From NCBI GenBank assembly GCA_038321985.1, contig JBBQFN010000004.1:1-64000 (forward strand): a stretch of DNA of 64,000 nt, in the 5' to 3' direction. Within the stretch, counting starts at the first letter, position 1; each line of letters starts with the position of its first letter. Positions 11,208 through 22,594 of this stretch are shown here, piece after piece. The notes beneath the pieces are model-generated. The model worked only from the letters and a program-made list of their open reading frames with translations, did not search any database and was not told where the DNA came from. The translations under genes were made by a program, and so were the position numbers. This stretch comes from Cyanophyceae cyanobacterium (GTDB taxonomy: Bacteria > Cyanobacteriota > Cyanobacteriia > Cyanobacteriales > Laspinemataceae).

Positions 11208-11479
11208 AAAGCATCTAGGAAGTGCGATTCTCATCAACGGGGTCCCGACTCAGAACGGCTCTGCTATATCAGTACCGTTCTGGCATTTGCGCGTCGGCAG
11301 GCAGATGTAACTTTCTGCCTCCCTTCTAATGTATCGTTTTCCTCGGCCAACCGAACTCGAAATCACAACGGATTTGGGGGAGGATAGCCGAACCTAGGGG
11401 ATTTCTAATCTGTAATTGAACCGGAATGATTGAGGAGGGTTGGCATACCATTTCCCCAGTAGCGGGGACTTCCATTGGA

Positions 11480-12097
11480 CCCTTAGCCGCCACCAACAAT
11501 CGTCACAATTTCCACGCGATCGCCTTGCTGCATCTAAGTTTCCTCCCACCACCGCCACCCGTTCGGCCCCACAATCGAGCACATCGGTGAGGTTGTGCAT
11601 CTCGATGCCACCGATCGCAAACCCAGGAATTGAAGAATGCTCCGAAGCATAGCGGACATAAGCCAAACCCGCTGGAGTTTTGCCCGGTTTCGTGGGAGTT
11701 TCATACACCGGACCCACCCCCATATAGTCCGCCCCTTCAGCGATCGCCCGTTGCATTTCTTCCGGGTTCGTGGTAGAAGGACCGATTAAACGTTGAGGGC
11801 CAAGCAACTCGCGTGCAAAGGCAGTCAGCATATCCTGTTGTCCCAGATGCACCCCAAAGGCCAAGTTCCCCCGGTCATTCATAATAAATAACGCCCCATA
11901 GTGGTGACAAATTTGGCGGAGTCGTTCCACATTCCGGAGTCGTTCCGCATCATCTGTATTTTTGTCACGGTACTGCACCAAGGTTAAGCCCCCTTCTAGG
12001 GCCGCTTCTACCACGGCGAACAACTTGTCATTTTGGTCCGTAAATCCGCAAGCCTTCTCTCGTCCGGTCTAAATTAGCATCTAAAATGCGACAGAGC
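11480..12097 (-). pseudogene. thiE: Degenerate second copy of thiE (internally deleted) joined to a thiS 3' fragment
   Basis: 11548-12040 aligns to the thiE catalytic domain (~14275-14780) with deletions; 12043-12097 aligns to the thiE 5' region (~15145-15200); 11480-11535 aligns to the thiS 3' end (~13950-14002). Confidence 0.85.
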
Positions 12098-12099
12098 CA

Positions 12100-12177
12100 G
12101 AGGGTGCACCGAAGGAACCACCCCAAGGCGTTCCCCAGAACGAGCGGCAAAGGCGGCATCGGCGCTACTGAGGACAA
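12100..12177 (-). pseudogene. Frameshifted 5' fragment of a second DUF1517 gene
   Basis: Translates VLSSADAAFAARSGERLG/GGSFGAP versus the intact gene's VLGSADGALAARSGGRIGGGSFRAP. Confidence 0.75.
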
Positions 12178-12346
12178 TATGCGCGATCGCAAAGTCATCA
12201 AAGTTGCGATCGATCCCCGATGAAGAAAGTGCGAAGATAGAAATGAAACGTGGTAAATTAATATTTTCCGGCTTTCTTGACGCTCCTGTTTTCCACAGGC
12301 AAATTCCCCAGGTTAATTTCTGGCCTTTTCTACTAATATCACTTTC

Positions 12347-13624
12347 ATGTTATTCAAAAAAACCTCGTATCGTAACCCTGGGACTTTCGTTCCGACCCTT
12401 TATTTTGCAGAAGGCGTCCCTTACTTCATTATTAACACCGTTTCGCTTCTGATTTATAAAGACCTGAAGATAAGTAATGCCGAAATTACTTTTTGGACCA
12501 GCCTTCTTTACCTGCCTTGGGTCATAAAAATGTTTTGGGGGCCTTTTATCGATATTTACTCAACAAAAAGAAATTGGATACTCTATACAAATCTAGCCAT
12601 GATGGGCTGCTTAAGTTTAATAGCGCTCTCTGTGCAAATGTCGAATTTCTTTTTCATCTCTCTATGCGCCTTTACAATCACTGCTTTTATTTCGGCCACC
12701 CATGACATTGCGGCTGACGGATTTTATATGCTGGCATTAAGTCCAGAACAACAAGCTTTCTATGTGGGTATTCGCAATATTTTTTACAGAGTAGCCCGGA
12801 TGTTCACTGAGGGAGTTTTGATAGTATTTGCGGGTAGACTGGCAACATCCCTCGGCAATATTCCTTTAAGCTGGAGTCTGGCTATAGGTTTAACCGCTTT
12901 AATATTTGGGGCACTTTTTATTTACCACCGATTGATTTTACCTTTTCCTGAAAGTGATTCGCAACTTTCTCCAACGGAAATTAAAGAAACTGTTCCTTTT
13001 GTAGAAGTCATTAGTTCTTACTTTCGGCAGAATAAAATTGCGGCTACACTAGCATTTATCTTGCTCTATCGATTCGGAGAAGCACTACTTGGAAAAATGG
13101 CTACTTTATTTTTTAAAGATAGCTTAGCAGTAGGAGGCTTAGGACTATCAACAGAAGATGTGGGTTGGATTAACCTAACCGTAGGCGTAATATCCTTACT
13201 AATGGGAGGTATATTAGGCGGGCTTGTTATTGCCAAATATGGATTAAAGAAAACCATTTGGCCGATGGCGTTAGCCTTGAATTTACCGAATATATTTTAC
13301 GTTTATATGGCTTATACTCAACCCGACAAACTATTAGTCTATCCCCTTGTTTCCCTGGATCAATTTTGTTCGGGATTAGGCTATACTGCTTTTGCGGTTT
13401 ATTTAATGTATATTTGCAAAGGAAAGTACAAAACTTCTCATTTTGCGATCTCTACGGGGATTATGGCACTCGGCATGATGATACCGGGATTGATTAGCGG
13501 TTACATTCAGGAAAAACTTGGCTATCCAGGATTTTTTATCCTCGTCTGTTTACTAGCGATTCCTGGAATGCTCACTCTATTTTTTATTCCTTTAGATGAA
13601 ATAGAAAATTCTCAAGCTAGTTAA
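12347..13624 (+). CDS. AmpG-like MFS permease (muropeptide/acetyl-CoA transporter family)
   Basis: TLYFAEGVPY, LPWVIKMFWGPFID, SATHDIAADGFY; about 12 TM helices. Confidence 0.85.
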   Translation: MLFKKTSYRNPGTFVPTLYFAEGVPYFIINTVSLLIYKDLKISNAEITFWTSLLYLPWVIKMFWGPFIDIYSTKRNWILYTNLAMMGCLSLIALSVQMSNFFFISLCAFTITAFISATHDIAADGFYMLALSPEQQAFYVGIRNIFYRVARMFTEGVLIVFAGRLATSLGNIPLSWSLAIGLTALIFGALFIYHRLILPFPESDSQLSPTEIKETVPFVEVISSYFRQNKIAATLAFILLYRFGEALLGKMATLFFKDSLAVGGLGLSTEDVGWINLTVGVISLLMGGILGGLVIAKYGLKKTIWPMALALNLPNIFYVYMAYTQPDKLLVYPLVSLDQFCSGLGYTAFAVYLMYICKGKYKTSHFAISTGIMALGMMIPGLISGYIQEKLGYPGFFILVCLLAIPGMLTLFFIPLDEIENSQAS

Positions 13625-13699
13625 CGGATAGGGGAAAAGTGAGCGCTCATTAAACTTCAAAAAAACTGCGGTAATACGGAATTCGGTTTTATTAGGTCT

Positions 13700-13757
13700 A
13701 TAAAAACCCGCACCCTCAAGGGCGCAAGCTATACGGACAAAGCCAGCGGGCGCGGCG
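13700..13757. repeat. Short intergenic REP-like element
   Basis: aaaacccgcaccctcaagggcgcaagctatacggacaaagcc..., resembles degenerate cyanobacterial intergenic repeats. Confidence 0.4.
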
Positions 13758-13950
13758 TCAGAAAGAAAACCACTTTTCCAAACCGGATTCCGTATAATGT
13801 ATTGTTTTCCTGTGCCAACGGAACTCGAAATTCCAACGGATTTGGGGGAGGATAGGCGAACCTAGAGGTTTTCTAAGATGTAATTGATCTGGAATGATGT
13901 AGGAAAATTGGCCTAAAATTTCCCCGGGACGGGGGAGTTCCCCCGGACCC

Positions 13951-14160
13951 TTAGCCACCACCGACAATCGTCACAATTTCCAGGCGATCGCCTTGCTGCA
14001 TCGGCGTTTCATCCCAAAATTGCCGATGCAGGATTTCCCCGTTGTACTCTACCGCAACTAATCGAGGATTTAGCCCCAGGCGTTCTAGAAACTGAGGTAG
14101 ATTCGTTCCCGGCGCACAAGATTGGGTTTCACCATTCACTTGTAAGGCTATCTCAGGCAT
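13951..14160 (-). CDS. thiS: Sulfur carrier protein ThiS
   Basis: LQVNGE, VAVEYNGEIL, GDRLEIVTIVGGG C-terminus. Confidence 0.95.
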   Translation of the reverse strand: MPEIALQVNGETQSCAPGTNLPQFLERLGLNPRLVAVEYNGEILHRQFWDETPMQQGDRLEIVTIVGGG

Positions 14161-15265
14161 TAGACTGGACATTCCTTTGTTCAAGAGCTTTCAGGGTTTG
14201 AATCCGATTCATTTGAGACAAAAAATACTGGGCGACTAAAGTGGGCTGTTCGACATCCATGATCCCGCGCACGACTGCCACCCGTTCGGCACCACATTCG
14301 AGCACATCGGTAAGGTTGTGCATATCAATGCCACCGATCGCAAACCAGGGGATCGAAGAGTGCTCTGCTGCATAGCGGACATAAGCTAGACCCGCCGGGG
14401 CTTTACCTGGTTTTGTGGGGGTTTCATAAACTGGACCCACCCCAATATAATCCGCCCCTTCCGCGATCGCCTGTTGCATTTCTTCCGGGTTCGTGGTAGA
14501 ACGTCCGATTAAACGTTGAGGACCGAGCAACTGGCGCGCTAGGGTAATGGGAACATCCTGTTGTCCCAAATGAACCCCATCTGCATCTACTGCTAAAGCC
14601 AAGTCTACGCGGTCATTCATAATAAATAGCGCCCCGTAGTTGTGACAAATCTGGCGCAGTTTTTCTGCATTCCGGAGACGTTCACCATCGTCTGTATTTT
14701 TGTCTCGGTACTGAACCAGGGTTAAACCCCCTTCTAGGGCCGCTTCCACCACAGCGAATAACTTATCGTTCTGGGACGTAACCAGATATAAAGGGGACTG
14801 CTCCAGTTGCTGACGACGGCGGTAAGCGAGTAAATTACTCTCTAGGGTATAGACGCGGTAGCGCATCTGCTTAAACACCCCTCCCATTTCAGCGTGGTAA
14901 AGCTTGCCATACTCTTCGAGTACCCGCAGGGCTTCTTCCACCCGGCAGAAGTTCGCCTGCAACAGGGCCTCAACCCCAGAACGTTCTTGTTCTTGCGGAT
15001 GGCTCAGTTCTGTCCCCGGGTCCCCAGGAGTATTCCGGGCTGCCCTCAATTCCGGTGCGTGCCAGCTTGCGAGTTCTTGGCGCATGGACTTGCACTCATG
15101 GGCTAGGGGCGAGCTTTGCAGGCCAAAGCGGCACCATTCTTCAATAATCCGCAACCCCTCTCGCGCCCGGTCTAAGTTTGCATCTAAAATGCGACAGAGA
15201 GCAGGCTGTACCTGTAGGGTCGCCAGATCCGACACCCTTGCTAAACCGCTGTTTTTTTCAGCCAT
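14153..15265 (-). CDS. thiE: Thiamine-phosphate synthase (long cyanobacterial form)
   Basis: RILDANLDRAREGLRIIEE N-domain; VQYRDK, NDRVDLA, GVHLGQQD, GPVYETPTK, FAIGGI. Confidence 0.95.
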   Translation of the reverse strand: MAEKNSGLARVSDLATLQVQPALCRILDANLDRAREGLRIIEEWCRFGLQSSPLAHECKSMRQELASWHAPELRAARNTPGDPGTELSHPQEQERSGVEALLQANFCRVEEALRVLEEYGKLYHAEMGGVFKQMRYRVYTLESNLLAYRRRQQLEQSPLYLVTSQNDKLFAVVEAALEGGLTLVQYRDKNTDDGERLRNAEKLRQICHNYGALFIMNDRVDLALAVDADGVHLGQQDVPITLARQLLGPQRLIGRSTTNPEEMQQAIAEGADYIGVGPVYETPTKPGKAPAGLAYVRYAAEHSSIPWFAIGGIDMHNLTDVLECGAERVAVVRGIMDVEQPTLVAQYFLSQMNRIQTLKALEQRNVQSNA

Positions 15266-15547
15266 CAAAACCCCCTTTCATTGCTCGATCCGAACAGTCT
15301 GTTTTAACGTTTCCCATGCACTATGAACATTGAGGAACTCTATGATGCAAACTTATAATATCCTTTCTGCTTTTTTTATTTTTTTTAAGCGGTGAAATTT
15401 ATTGTGGCACAAAAAATTAAGCATCTGTTAATTTCAGTGGATAATCAGGAGGGAGGAAGTTGACACTCGGGCATTTTGTCCGCATCTACATCGGATGAAC
15501 TGCAACTGCTTTTGGCTATTCGTTTAGGAGAAGATCGGAGGAGAGTC

Positions 15548-17203
15548 GTGAGTTTCATAAGCCCCCATCAATCGCGTTCGTATAAGTCCCGCATCGTGGC
15601 CCCGTTGGGAGTTGCCGCGACTGCATTGTTCTGGTTCTATGTCCCCACAGCGATCGCCCAAAATGTTCCCCCCTTTCAAAGCGCTCAGAATTCTGGGGCC
15701 GAGGTGGCTTCACAAACCAAGCTGTTTGTTAATCCAAGCGGTGGAAATGACTCAAGCGGCAACGGCAGCGAATCAGCACCCTTTAAAACTATTACCCAAG
15801 CGTTGCGGCAAGCCCAGCCCAACAGTACGATCCTGCTAACTCCAGGAACTTATAGTGCTGACACTGGGGAGAGCTTTCCCTTAATGCTCAAACCCCAAGT
15901 CACCCTTCAAGGCGATACCAGCACCCGAGGGCGAGGGATCATTATCCAAGGGGGAGGTCTTTACCTCAGTCGCAGTTCTGCACGCCAAAACGTAGGTCTC
16001 GTTGCCGCTGATGGAGCCCGCGTCTCCGGCATCACCTTGACCAATTCCAATAGCAGCGGTTATGCCTTGTGGATTGAATCTGCCTCAATGGAGGTAACGG
16101 ATAACACCTTCACGGGCAGTGGTCATGATGGAATCTCCGTCGTGGGCAACAGTGCACCGAGAATCAGTGGTAATCATTTTGTGGAAAATGGGGCAAACGG
16201 CATCACCATTTATGGAACTTCCCGACCCCAGCTTCTGGATAATGTGTTTGAGCGCACGGGATTTGGAATCAATATCGGACAGAAGGCTGAGCCCATCTTG
16301 ACAGGAAATCGGGTGATTCAAAACCGAGATGGGGTGGTGATTCATGGATCCGCGCGTCCAGTGTTGCGGAATAATCAGATCGAAACCAATCGGGAAAATG
16401 GGGTGGTTGCTGTTGGTAATTCTCGTCCGGATATGGGGACCTCTGGGGATCCCGGGGGGAACATTATCCGGAACAATGGACAAATGGATCTCAATGGCAG
16501 CGCCACGAAAGAGATTATTCCGGCCTTTGGCAATCAAGTTGCAACCGATCGCACCAGTGGACGCCTTGACTTGAATGGGACGCTCGCCCCCACGGTGAGC
16601 GCCCCAGTTGCCAGTCAACCCCCGCGACCTTTACCCCTGCCAGCGGCTACCCCTGCGCCCAGACCCCCGGCCTCTGGGACCTCTTTTCCCAGCCCGACGG
16701 CCTCAACTCCTGCGCCATTATCTGCGACTGTTAGCCTTCCGGTTCCCGCAGCGGGAGAAGGCATCCCAATTCCGGTACCGCCCCCACAAAACGGGACCGG
16801 ATCAGCACCGGCGCTGACTCCCCGAACCCCTGCACCAGCGATCGGGAATCGTCCCGGGGATACCCTGCCCAATCTGCTGCCTGTACCCGATGGTAATGCC
16901 CCGATTGGAAATGCCGGAGGTGGAGTCCCTGTTGTGGCTCAAGGTAGCAGTACGGGCAATGGACCCCCGAACCCCCCTAGCCGTGCCGCTGCCCTGGGAC
17001 TTCGCTATCGGGTGATTGTGGAAGCTACCAGTGCCAGTCAACAAGCGCGTGTGCGGCGCATCGTTTCCGATGCATTTCGCACTCAAATTAATGGCCGGAT
17101 GGTGATGCAGGTAGGAGCTTTTGCTACCCAAGATAAGGTGGATGAAATGATGCAATTACTCCAGAAAAATGGATTAACGGGTGTGGTTATTAATATCGAA
17201 TAA
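15548..17203 (+). CDS. DUF1565 beta-helix protein with Pro-rich linker and C-terminal SPOR-like domain
   Basis: LFVNP..G.D...G....PFKTITQAL, PGTYS..TGE.FPL, parallel beta-helix repeats, YRVIV...MQVGAF; GTG start after GGAGG. Confidence 0.85.
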   Translation: MSFISPHQSRSYKSRIVAPLGVAATALFWFYVPTAIAQNVPPFQSAQNSGAEVASQTKLFVNPSGGNDSSGNGSESAPFKTITQALRQAQPNSTILLTPGTYSADTGESFPLMLKPQVTLQGDTSTRGRGIIIQGGGLYLSRSSARQNVGLVAADGARVSGITLTNSNSSGYALWIESASMEVTDNTFTGSGHDGISVVGNSAPRISGNHFVENGANGITIYGTSRPQLLDNVFERTGFGINIGQKAEPILTGNRVIQNRDGVVIHGSARPVLRNNQIETNRENGVVAVGNSRPDMGTSGDPGGNIIRNNGQMDLNGSATKEIIPAFGNQVATDRTSGRLDLNGTLAPTVSAPVASQPPRPLPLPAATPAPRPPASGTSFPSPTASTPAPLSATVSLPVPAAGEGIPIPVPPPQNGTGSAPALTPRTPAPAIGNRPGDTLPNLLPVPDGNAPIGNAGGGVPVVAQGSSTGNGPPNPPSRAAALGLRYRVIVEATSASQQARVRRIVSDAFRTQINGRMVMQVGAFATQDKVDEMMQLLQKNGLTGVVINIE

Positions 17204-17629
17204 CCGTTGGGTTTAAGGGATATTTTTCCGTTCAGGAGTCAAAATTCAGAGCGATCGCCTCCCTTTCCTCTGGACCTTTGAGCTCCTGATTTTTTTGTGT
17301 TTTTCAACGGAAGGCCCTTATCCCATCCCCCTCTAGTCTTTAAAAAATCTCCCTATTTAAGAGAGTCAGTTTTTTGAAAGTTTATTATACTAACCCTGGT
17401 TATCAAAGACTTATTTTCCGTGGAAAAAAGTCGCGGCAGCCTTTCTTTTTATAGCCTCACCCTTAAATTAAGTGGCTTTTATAGACCTTTGAGAATTGAA
17501 GAGAGTAGTAAGCCCCAATTTGGTATCAGTCCGGTGAAGCCAGTAATCTCAATGGGGTTAAACGTTAACCTATTCAAATTTGACGTAGCCTTTCGTTTAT
17601 AATTGAACAGCTAAACGCTTTTCGGGGGA

Positions 17630-18439
17630 GTGTCATTAATGGCTTTAGCGATATTATTCGGTTTGGGAATTTGTACCGGATTGCTCGCTGGACTGTTTGG
17701 GCTCGGAGGTGGTATTCTGCTCGTACCGGCCTTAAGCCTGTGGGGTTTGCCGGTAGTGACCGCTGGGGCTACGAGTTTAGTGGGGGTATTTTTAACAGCG
17801 GTTTCCGGCACTATTCGATATGGATGGGAGGGGAACTTAAACTGGCGAAATGCCTTACAAATTGCTGCTTTTGGGATTCCCACTGTTCAGCTTGGAGCTT
17901 GGGTAGCTCGACATATTCCAGAGGGCTGGTTAGCGGTGTCTTTTTCTTTACTATTGTTAGCCGCTATTTATTTAATGGGGTTACGAAAAACTCTCATCGA
18001 TAAGGATGCGATCGCCACTTTACTAGACACAGAAACCCCCGAAAAATTAATAAAAAGTCCGACATTTTCCCGATGGGAGTTTGCCAAAATTGGGGGGCTC
18101 GGGGGTGCGATCGCCGGATTATTCGGGGTTGGGGGTGGCATTGTCATGGTTCCCTTGCAAGTCTTATTAATGGGAGAATCGATCTCTTCCGCAGTCCCGA
18201 CAACCCTCGCCGCAGTCACAGCGATCGCCGCTTCGGGTTTAGCGCAATATGCCTGGAATGGCAATGTATTATGGATTCCCGGCTTATGTATCGGTTGCGG
18301 TGGCATCCTGGGCGTCCAACTGGGAACCCGCCTCCTCCCTCACTTAAGCGCCGCCTTAATGAATAACCTTTTCCGCCTCATTCTATTTGTCTTATCCCTG
18401 TATATGATGGGCCAAGGGTTAGCCAGGGGATTAGTATAA
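17630..18439 (+). CDS. Sulfite exporter TauE/SafE family protein
   Basis: Two GLFG(L/V)GGG...VP repeats; hydrophobic. Confidence 0.88.
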   Translation: MSLMALAILFGLGICTGLLAGLFGLGGGILLVPALSLWGLPVVTAGATSLVGVFLTAVSGTIRYGWEGNLNWRNALQIAAFGIPTVQLGAWVARHIPEGWLAVSFSLLLLAAIYLMGLRKTLIDKDAIATLLDTETPEKLIKSPTFSRWEFAKIGGLGGAIAGLFGVGGGIVMVPLQVLLMGESISSAVPTTLAAVTAIAASGLAQYAWNGNVLWIPGLCIGCGGILGVQLGTRLLPHLSAALMNNLFRLILFVLSLYMMGQGLARGLV

Positions 18440-18529
18440 ACTGGGAAATAGTCATCCCAAGTATTCTTGCTATTGACGATTGACCCCAAAGCGAGATAAT
18501 CTACCCCAAACCTTATTAGATTAATTGCC

Positions 18530-18913
18530 ATGTCTACCCTGTTAATTCAACTGCTTATTATCGGATTAGTTGCTGGTGTCGCCGGGGGAATGTTTGGCAT
18601 TGGCGGCGGGGCAATTATGGTTCCCGCAATGGTTCTTCTCCTGACATTAGACCACCGATTAGCAACCGGCACATCCATCGCTGCTCAAATTCTACCCATT
18701 GGATTATTAGGTGCAATGGTCTATTATAAAAATGGAAATTTAAACTTTAAATATGCAGCCGTAATTGCCTTGGGTTTACTCATTGGTAATTATTTTGGTG
18801 CATTATTTGCCAATCAACCTTTTATCAGTAGTGAATTCATGAAAAGACTGTATGGTGCTTTCTTGTTCCTCCTGGGGTTTAGATATTTGTTCCCAAATTT
18901 GTTTACCCGATAA
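18530..18913 (+). CDS. Half-size TauE/SafE family protein
   Basis: Single GMFGIGGGAIMVP repeat, ATGTS. Confidence 0.85.
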   Translation: MSTLLIQLLIIGLVAGVAGGMFGIGGGAIMVPAMVLLLTLDHRLATGTSIAAQILPIGLLGAMVYYKNGNLNFKYAAVIALGLLIGNYFGALFANQPFISSEFMKRLYGAFLFLLGFRYLFPNLFTR

Positions 18914-18991
18914 GGGATGAGAGGGAAAAAGGCCGGATCTTTTGTCTACAATGTGGGATATTAAATTGATTGAAAAAGAGAAAAAAAATAA

Positions 18992-20341
<1,350 letters not shown>

Positions 20342-20383
20342 TATAGCGTTTCTTAAGCTATTGAGGTTCGGTTTTGGGGTCAA

Positions 20384-20416
20384 AGTCCCCCTTTTGAAGG
20401 AGGATTTAGGGGGATC
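20384..20416. repeat. CCCCCCTT..AAGGGGGG-type cyanobacterial short repeat; related copy at ~63457-63486
   Basis: gtccccctttt gaaggaggatttaggggga versus gcccccctttttaaggggggttggggggag. Confidence 0.5.
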
Positions 20417-20687
20417 GTCCGGATTTCACGAGACCAAAAACCGCTATATCACCAATTATTCTCCCCTCATACATCGTCAGGACAAAATACTCTCGCTGAT
20501 TGAAAGAGCCGATCGCAGCAAAACCCAAAGAAGCGATCGCCTTTTCCCTGCCCAGCAAAGCCCCACCTCTCCCTAAAATCTCCCCAGGGGATCGCCCTCC
20601 GGACCCTCCCCATGCACCCACTTTTCCCGCCATGTCTCTATAATTTTATGCTAAAGCTGTAGAGTACATAGAGCAGAAATTAACGGT

Positions 20688-21458
20688 ATGGCTGGACATA
20701 GTAAATGGGCTAATATTAAACGGCAGAAAGCTAGAGTGGATGCGGTGAAGGGGAAAACCTTCACCAAAATCTCGCGGGAAATTATCGTTGCGGCGCGCAG
20801 TGGCGTTCCAGATCCGGATGGCAACTTTCAGTTACGCACTGCGGTGGATAAGGCAAAGGCGGCAGGGATTCCCAATGAGAACATCCACCGGGCGATCGCC
20901 AAAGGTGCCGGAACCTGGGATGATGCCAGCAACAACTATGAAGCAATCCGCTATGAGGGATATGGTCCCGGTGGTATCGCCGTGATTGTGGAAGCGCTGA
21001 CGGATAACCGCAATCGGACGGCAGCGGATTTGAGGGCCGCTTTTAGCAAGAATGGTGGCAATTTAGGCGAGACGGGATGCGTGAGTTGGATGTTTGAACT
21101 CAAAGGCGTGGTGACCCTTCAAGGTGAGATAGAGGAAGATGAACTCTTGGAGGCATCGGTAGAAGGGGGTGCGGAGTTTTATGAACCGACGGAAATCGAT
21201 GAAGATACATCAGGATATGAGGTGTTTACAGAAGCAACTAATTTAGAAAGCCTCAACCAAACTTTAAAAGAGCGCGGATATGAGATTTTTAATGCAGAAT
21301 TGCGGTGGATTGCTGCTAATAATGTAGAAGTAACCGACCCAGATCAAGCGCGATCGCTACTTAAAATGATGGATGCTTTGGATGATTTGGATGATGTCCA
21401 AAATGTCACCGCCAATTTTGATATGGCGGATGAATTAGTCGCCATGAGCGTGGTGTAA
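20688..21458 (+). CDS. yebC: YebC/PmpR family protein
   Basis: MAGHSKWANIK, YEGYGPGG, TDNRNRT, DDVQNV. Confidence 0.95.
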   Translation: MAGHSKWANIKRQKARVDAVKGKTFTKISREIIVAARSGVPDPDGNFQLRTAVDKAKAAGIPNENIHRAIAKGAGTWDDASNNYEAIRYEGYGPGGIAVIVEALTDNRNRTAADLRAAFSKNGGNLGETGCVSWMFELKGVVTLQGEIEEDELLEASVEGGAEFYEPTEIDEDTSGYEVFTEATNLESLNQTLKERGYEIFNAELRWIAANNVEVTDPDQARSLLKMMDALDDLDDVQNVTANFDMADELVAMSVV

Positions 21459-21500
21459 TTCTAGCTCTTTTACAAGAATTGGGCCAATTATGACCAGGTT

Positions 21501-21565
21501 AGAAACCGGGTTTCTTTCAACATCTCTGCATAATTTCCACAAATTTAGGCAGAAACCCGGTTTCT
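21501..21565. repeat. AGAAACCGGGTTTCT paired palindromic repeat
   Basis: agaaaccgggtttct...agaaacccggtttct between convergent genes. Confidence 0.75.
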
Positions 21566-21590
21566 TGTCCTATACAAGGTTTTATCCCCG

Positions 21591-22205
21591 TTAATCTTCC
21601 AGTTTTGTGGGTCCTAAATATTGGGTTAAATAGGGAGAAAAAACCTCATAAATTAAGGTTAAAGGCTTTTTATGATGCCAAAATAAATAATGTCTTCCCC
21701 AAAAGGGTCCTTTTTGTCCGAAGGCGGTTTCTAAGGCGGGGGAATGTCCGTAGTGAATGCCTTGGACGTCGCGATAGAGTTCGGTATGCAGGCGCGAGAG
21801 GCTCTCCCAGATTGGGATTGAGCGGTTTTGCAAATATTCATCAACGTGACTCGCTTCCCACCAGGAGGCGGCGTAGGCGAGTCTTTGTCCCGAGGCGGTG
21901 CGTAACCAAACTTGTCGCCGCAGTCGGGGTCCTGGGACCCATTGGATGGGGTCCGGTGCACCGTCGGGTTCCATTGCGATCGCCGACATATCAATCACGT
22001 CTACTTCCGTGGGTTCCCCGGTGAGTAGTTTCAGGTGGCGCGTCGGCGAACCGTCTCCGAGGAGCAAAATTTGCCATGCTGGTGCGAGTTGGGGGTGGGG
22101 GAGTCCCTGCTGTACCCACTCTTCCCCCCCTTCCCAGATGGGGTCGAGGCAGTGCCAGGTAGTTGGCGGGGTTACGCTGTTGGTGGGTCTGGAAGTAGCA
22201 GTCAA
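21591..22205 (-). CDS. ubiC: Chorismate lyase (DUF98/UbiC-like)
   Basis: LLLGDGSPTRHL, RLRRQVWL, LAYAASWW, WGRHYLF, LIYEVFSP. Confidence 0.85.
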   Translation of the reverse strand: MTATSRPTNSVTPPTTWHCLDPIWEGGEEWVQQGLPHPQLAPAWQILLLGDGSPTRHLKLLTGEPTEVDVIDMSAIAMEPDGAPDPIQWVPGPRLRRQVWLRTASGQRLAYAASWWEASHVDEYLQNRSIPIWESLSRLHTELYRDVQGIHYGHSPALETAFGQKGPFWGRHYLFWHHKKPLTLIYEVFSPYLTQYLGPTKLED

Positions 22206-22320
22206 TGCGCTTAACAGAACTTAACGTCACTCTCAATCATAGCGTTCCTTGTCCCAGGTCTTGAGCAATTGCTGGAAAATGGCTGGGGATTGATTTATCC
22301 AAACCTCTCTAAGGGTAAAC

Positions 22321-22400
22321 ACCCTGAAGGGGTTACTACGAACGGGGTGAACCTCTGAAGGGTTTACTACGAACAGTTTGTAGTGACTCCTTTAGGGGTC
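22321..22400. repeat. REP-like cluster: CTGAAGGG(G/T)TTACTACGAAC twice plus an inverted copy
   Basis: Two direct copies followed by gtttgtagtgactcctttagg. Confidence 0.75.
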
Positions 22401-22594
22401 AGCGGTGACAGAATTGCCAATCTACTTAAAATTGCAATAAATTTTAACAGAATTTTCTTGCCAAAATGCCTTTCAGCCTTGACAATAGCAACCGGGAAGG
22501 TGATGGTTTAGGGAAATGGATGATGAGTTGGTGACGACTTAAATTCAGGGGGAGATCCGTCAGTAAAAATCAGTGGAGCCAGCAAGTATTAATC

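Noticed and set aside
11394..12023. 209-aa ORF as a functional second ThiE
   Set aside because: Lacks the N-domain, has a deletion in the DADGVH motif, and its tail is out-of-frame thiS and intergenic sequence; treated as a pseudogene
15269..15475. TPP riboswitch upstream of thiE
   Set aside because: Conserved CUGAGA and AGGGA core elements not seen
22321..22400. Mini-CRISPR from the repeated CTGAAGGG.TTACTACGAAC
   Set aside because: Only two direct copies ~13 nt apart plus an inverted copy, which is a REP-like arrangement
22475..22488. Identical 14-mer AGCCTTGACAATAG here and at 41086-41099
   Set aside because: Several 14-mer matches are expected by chance in 64 kb; no wider similarity
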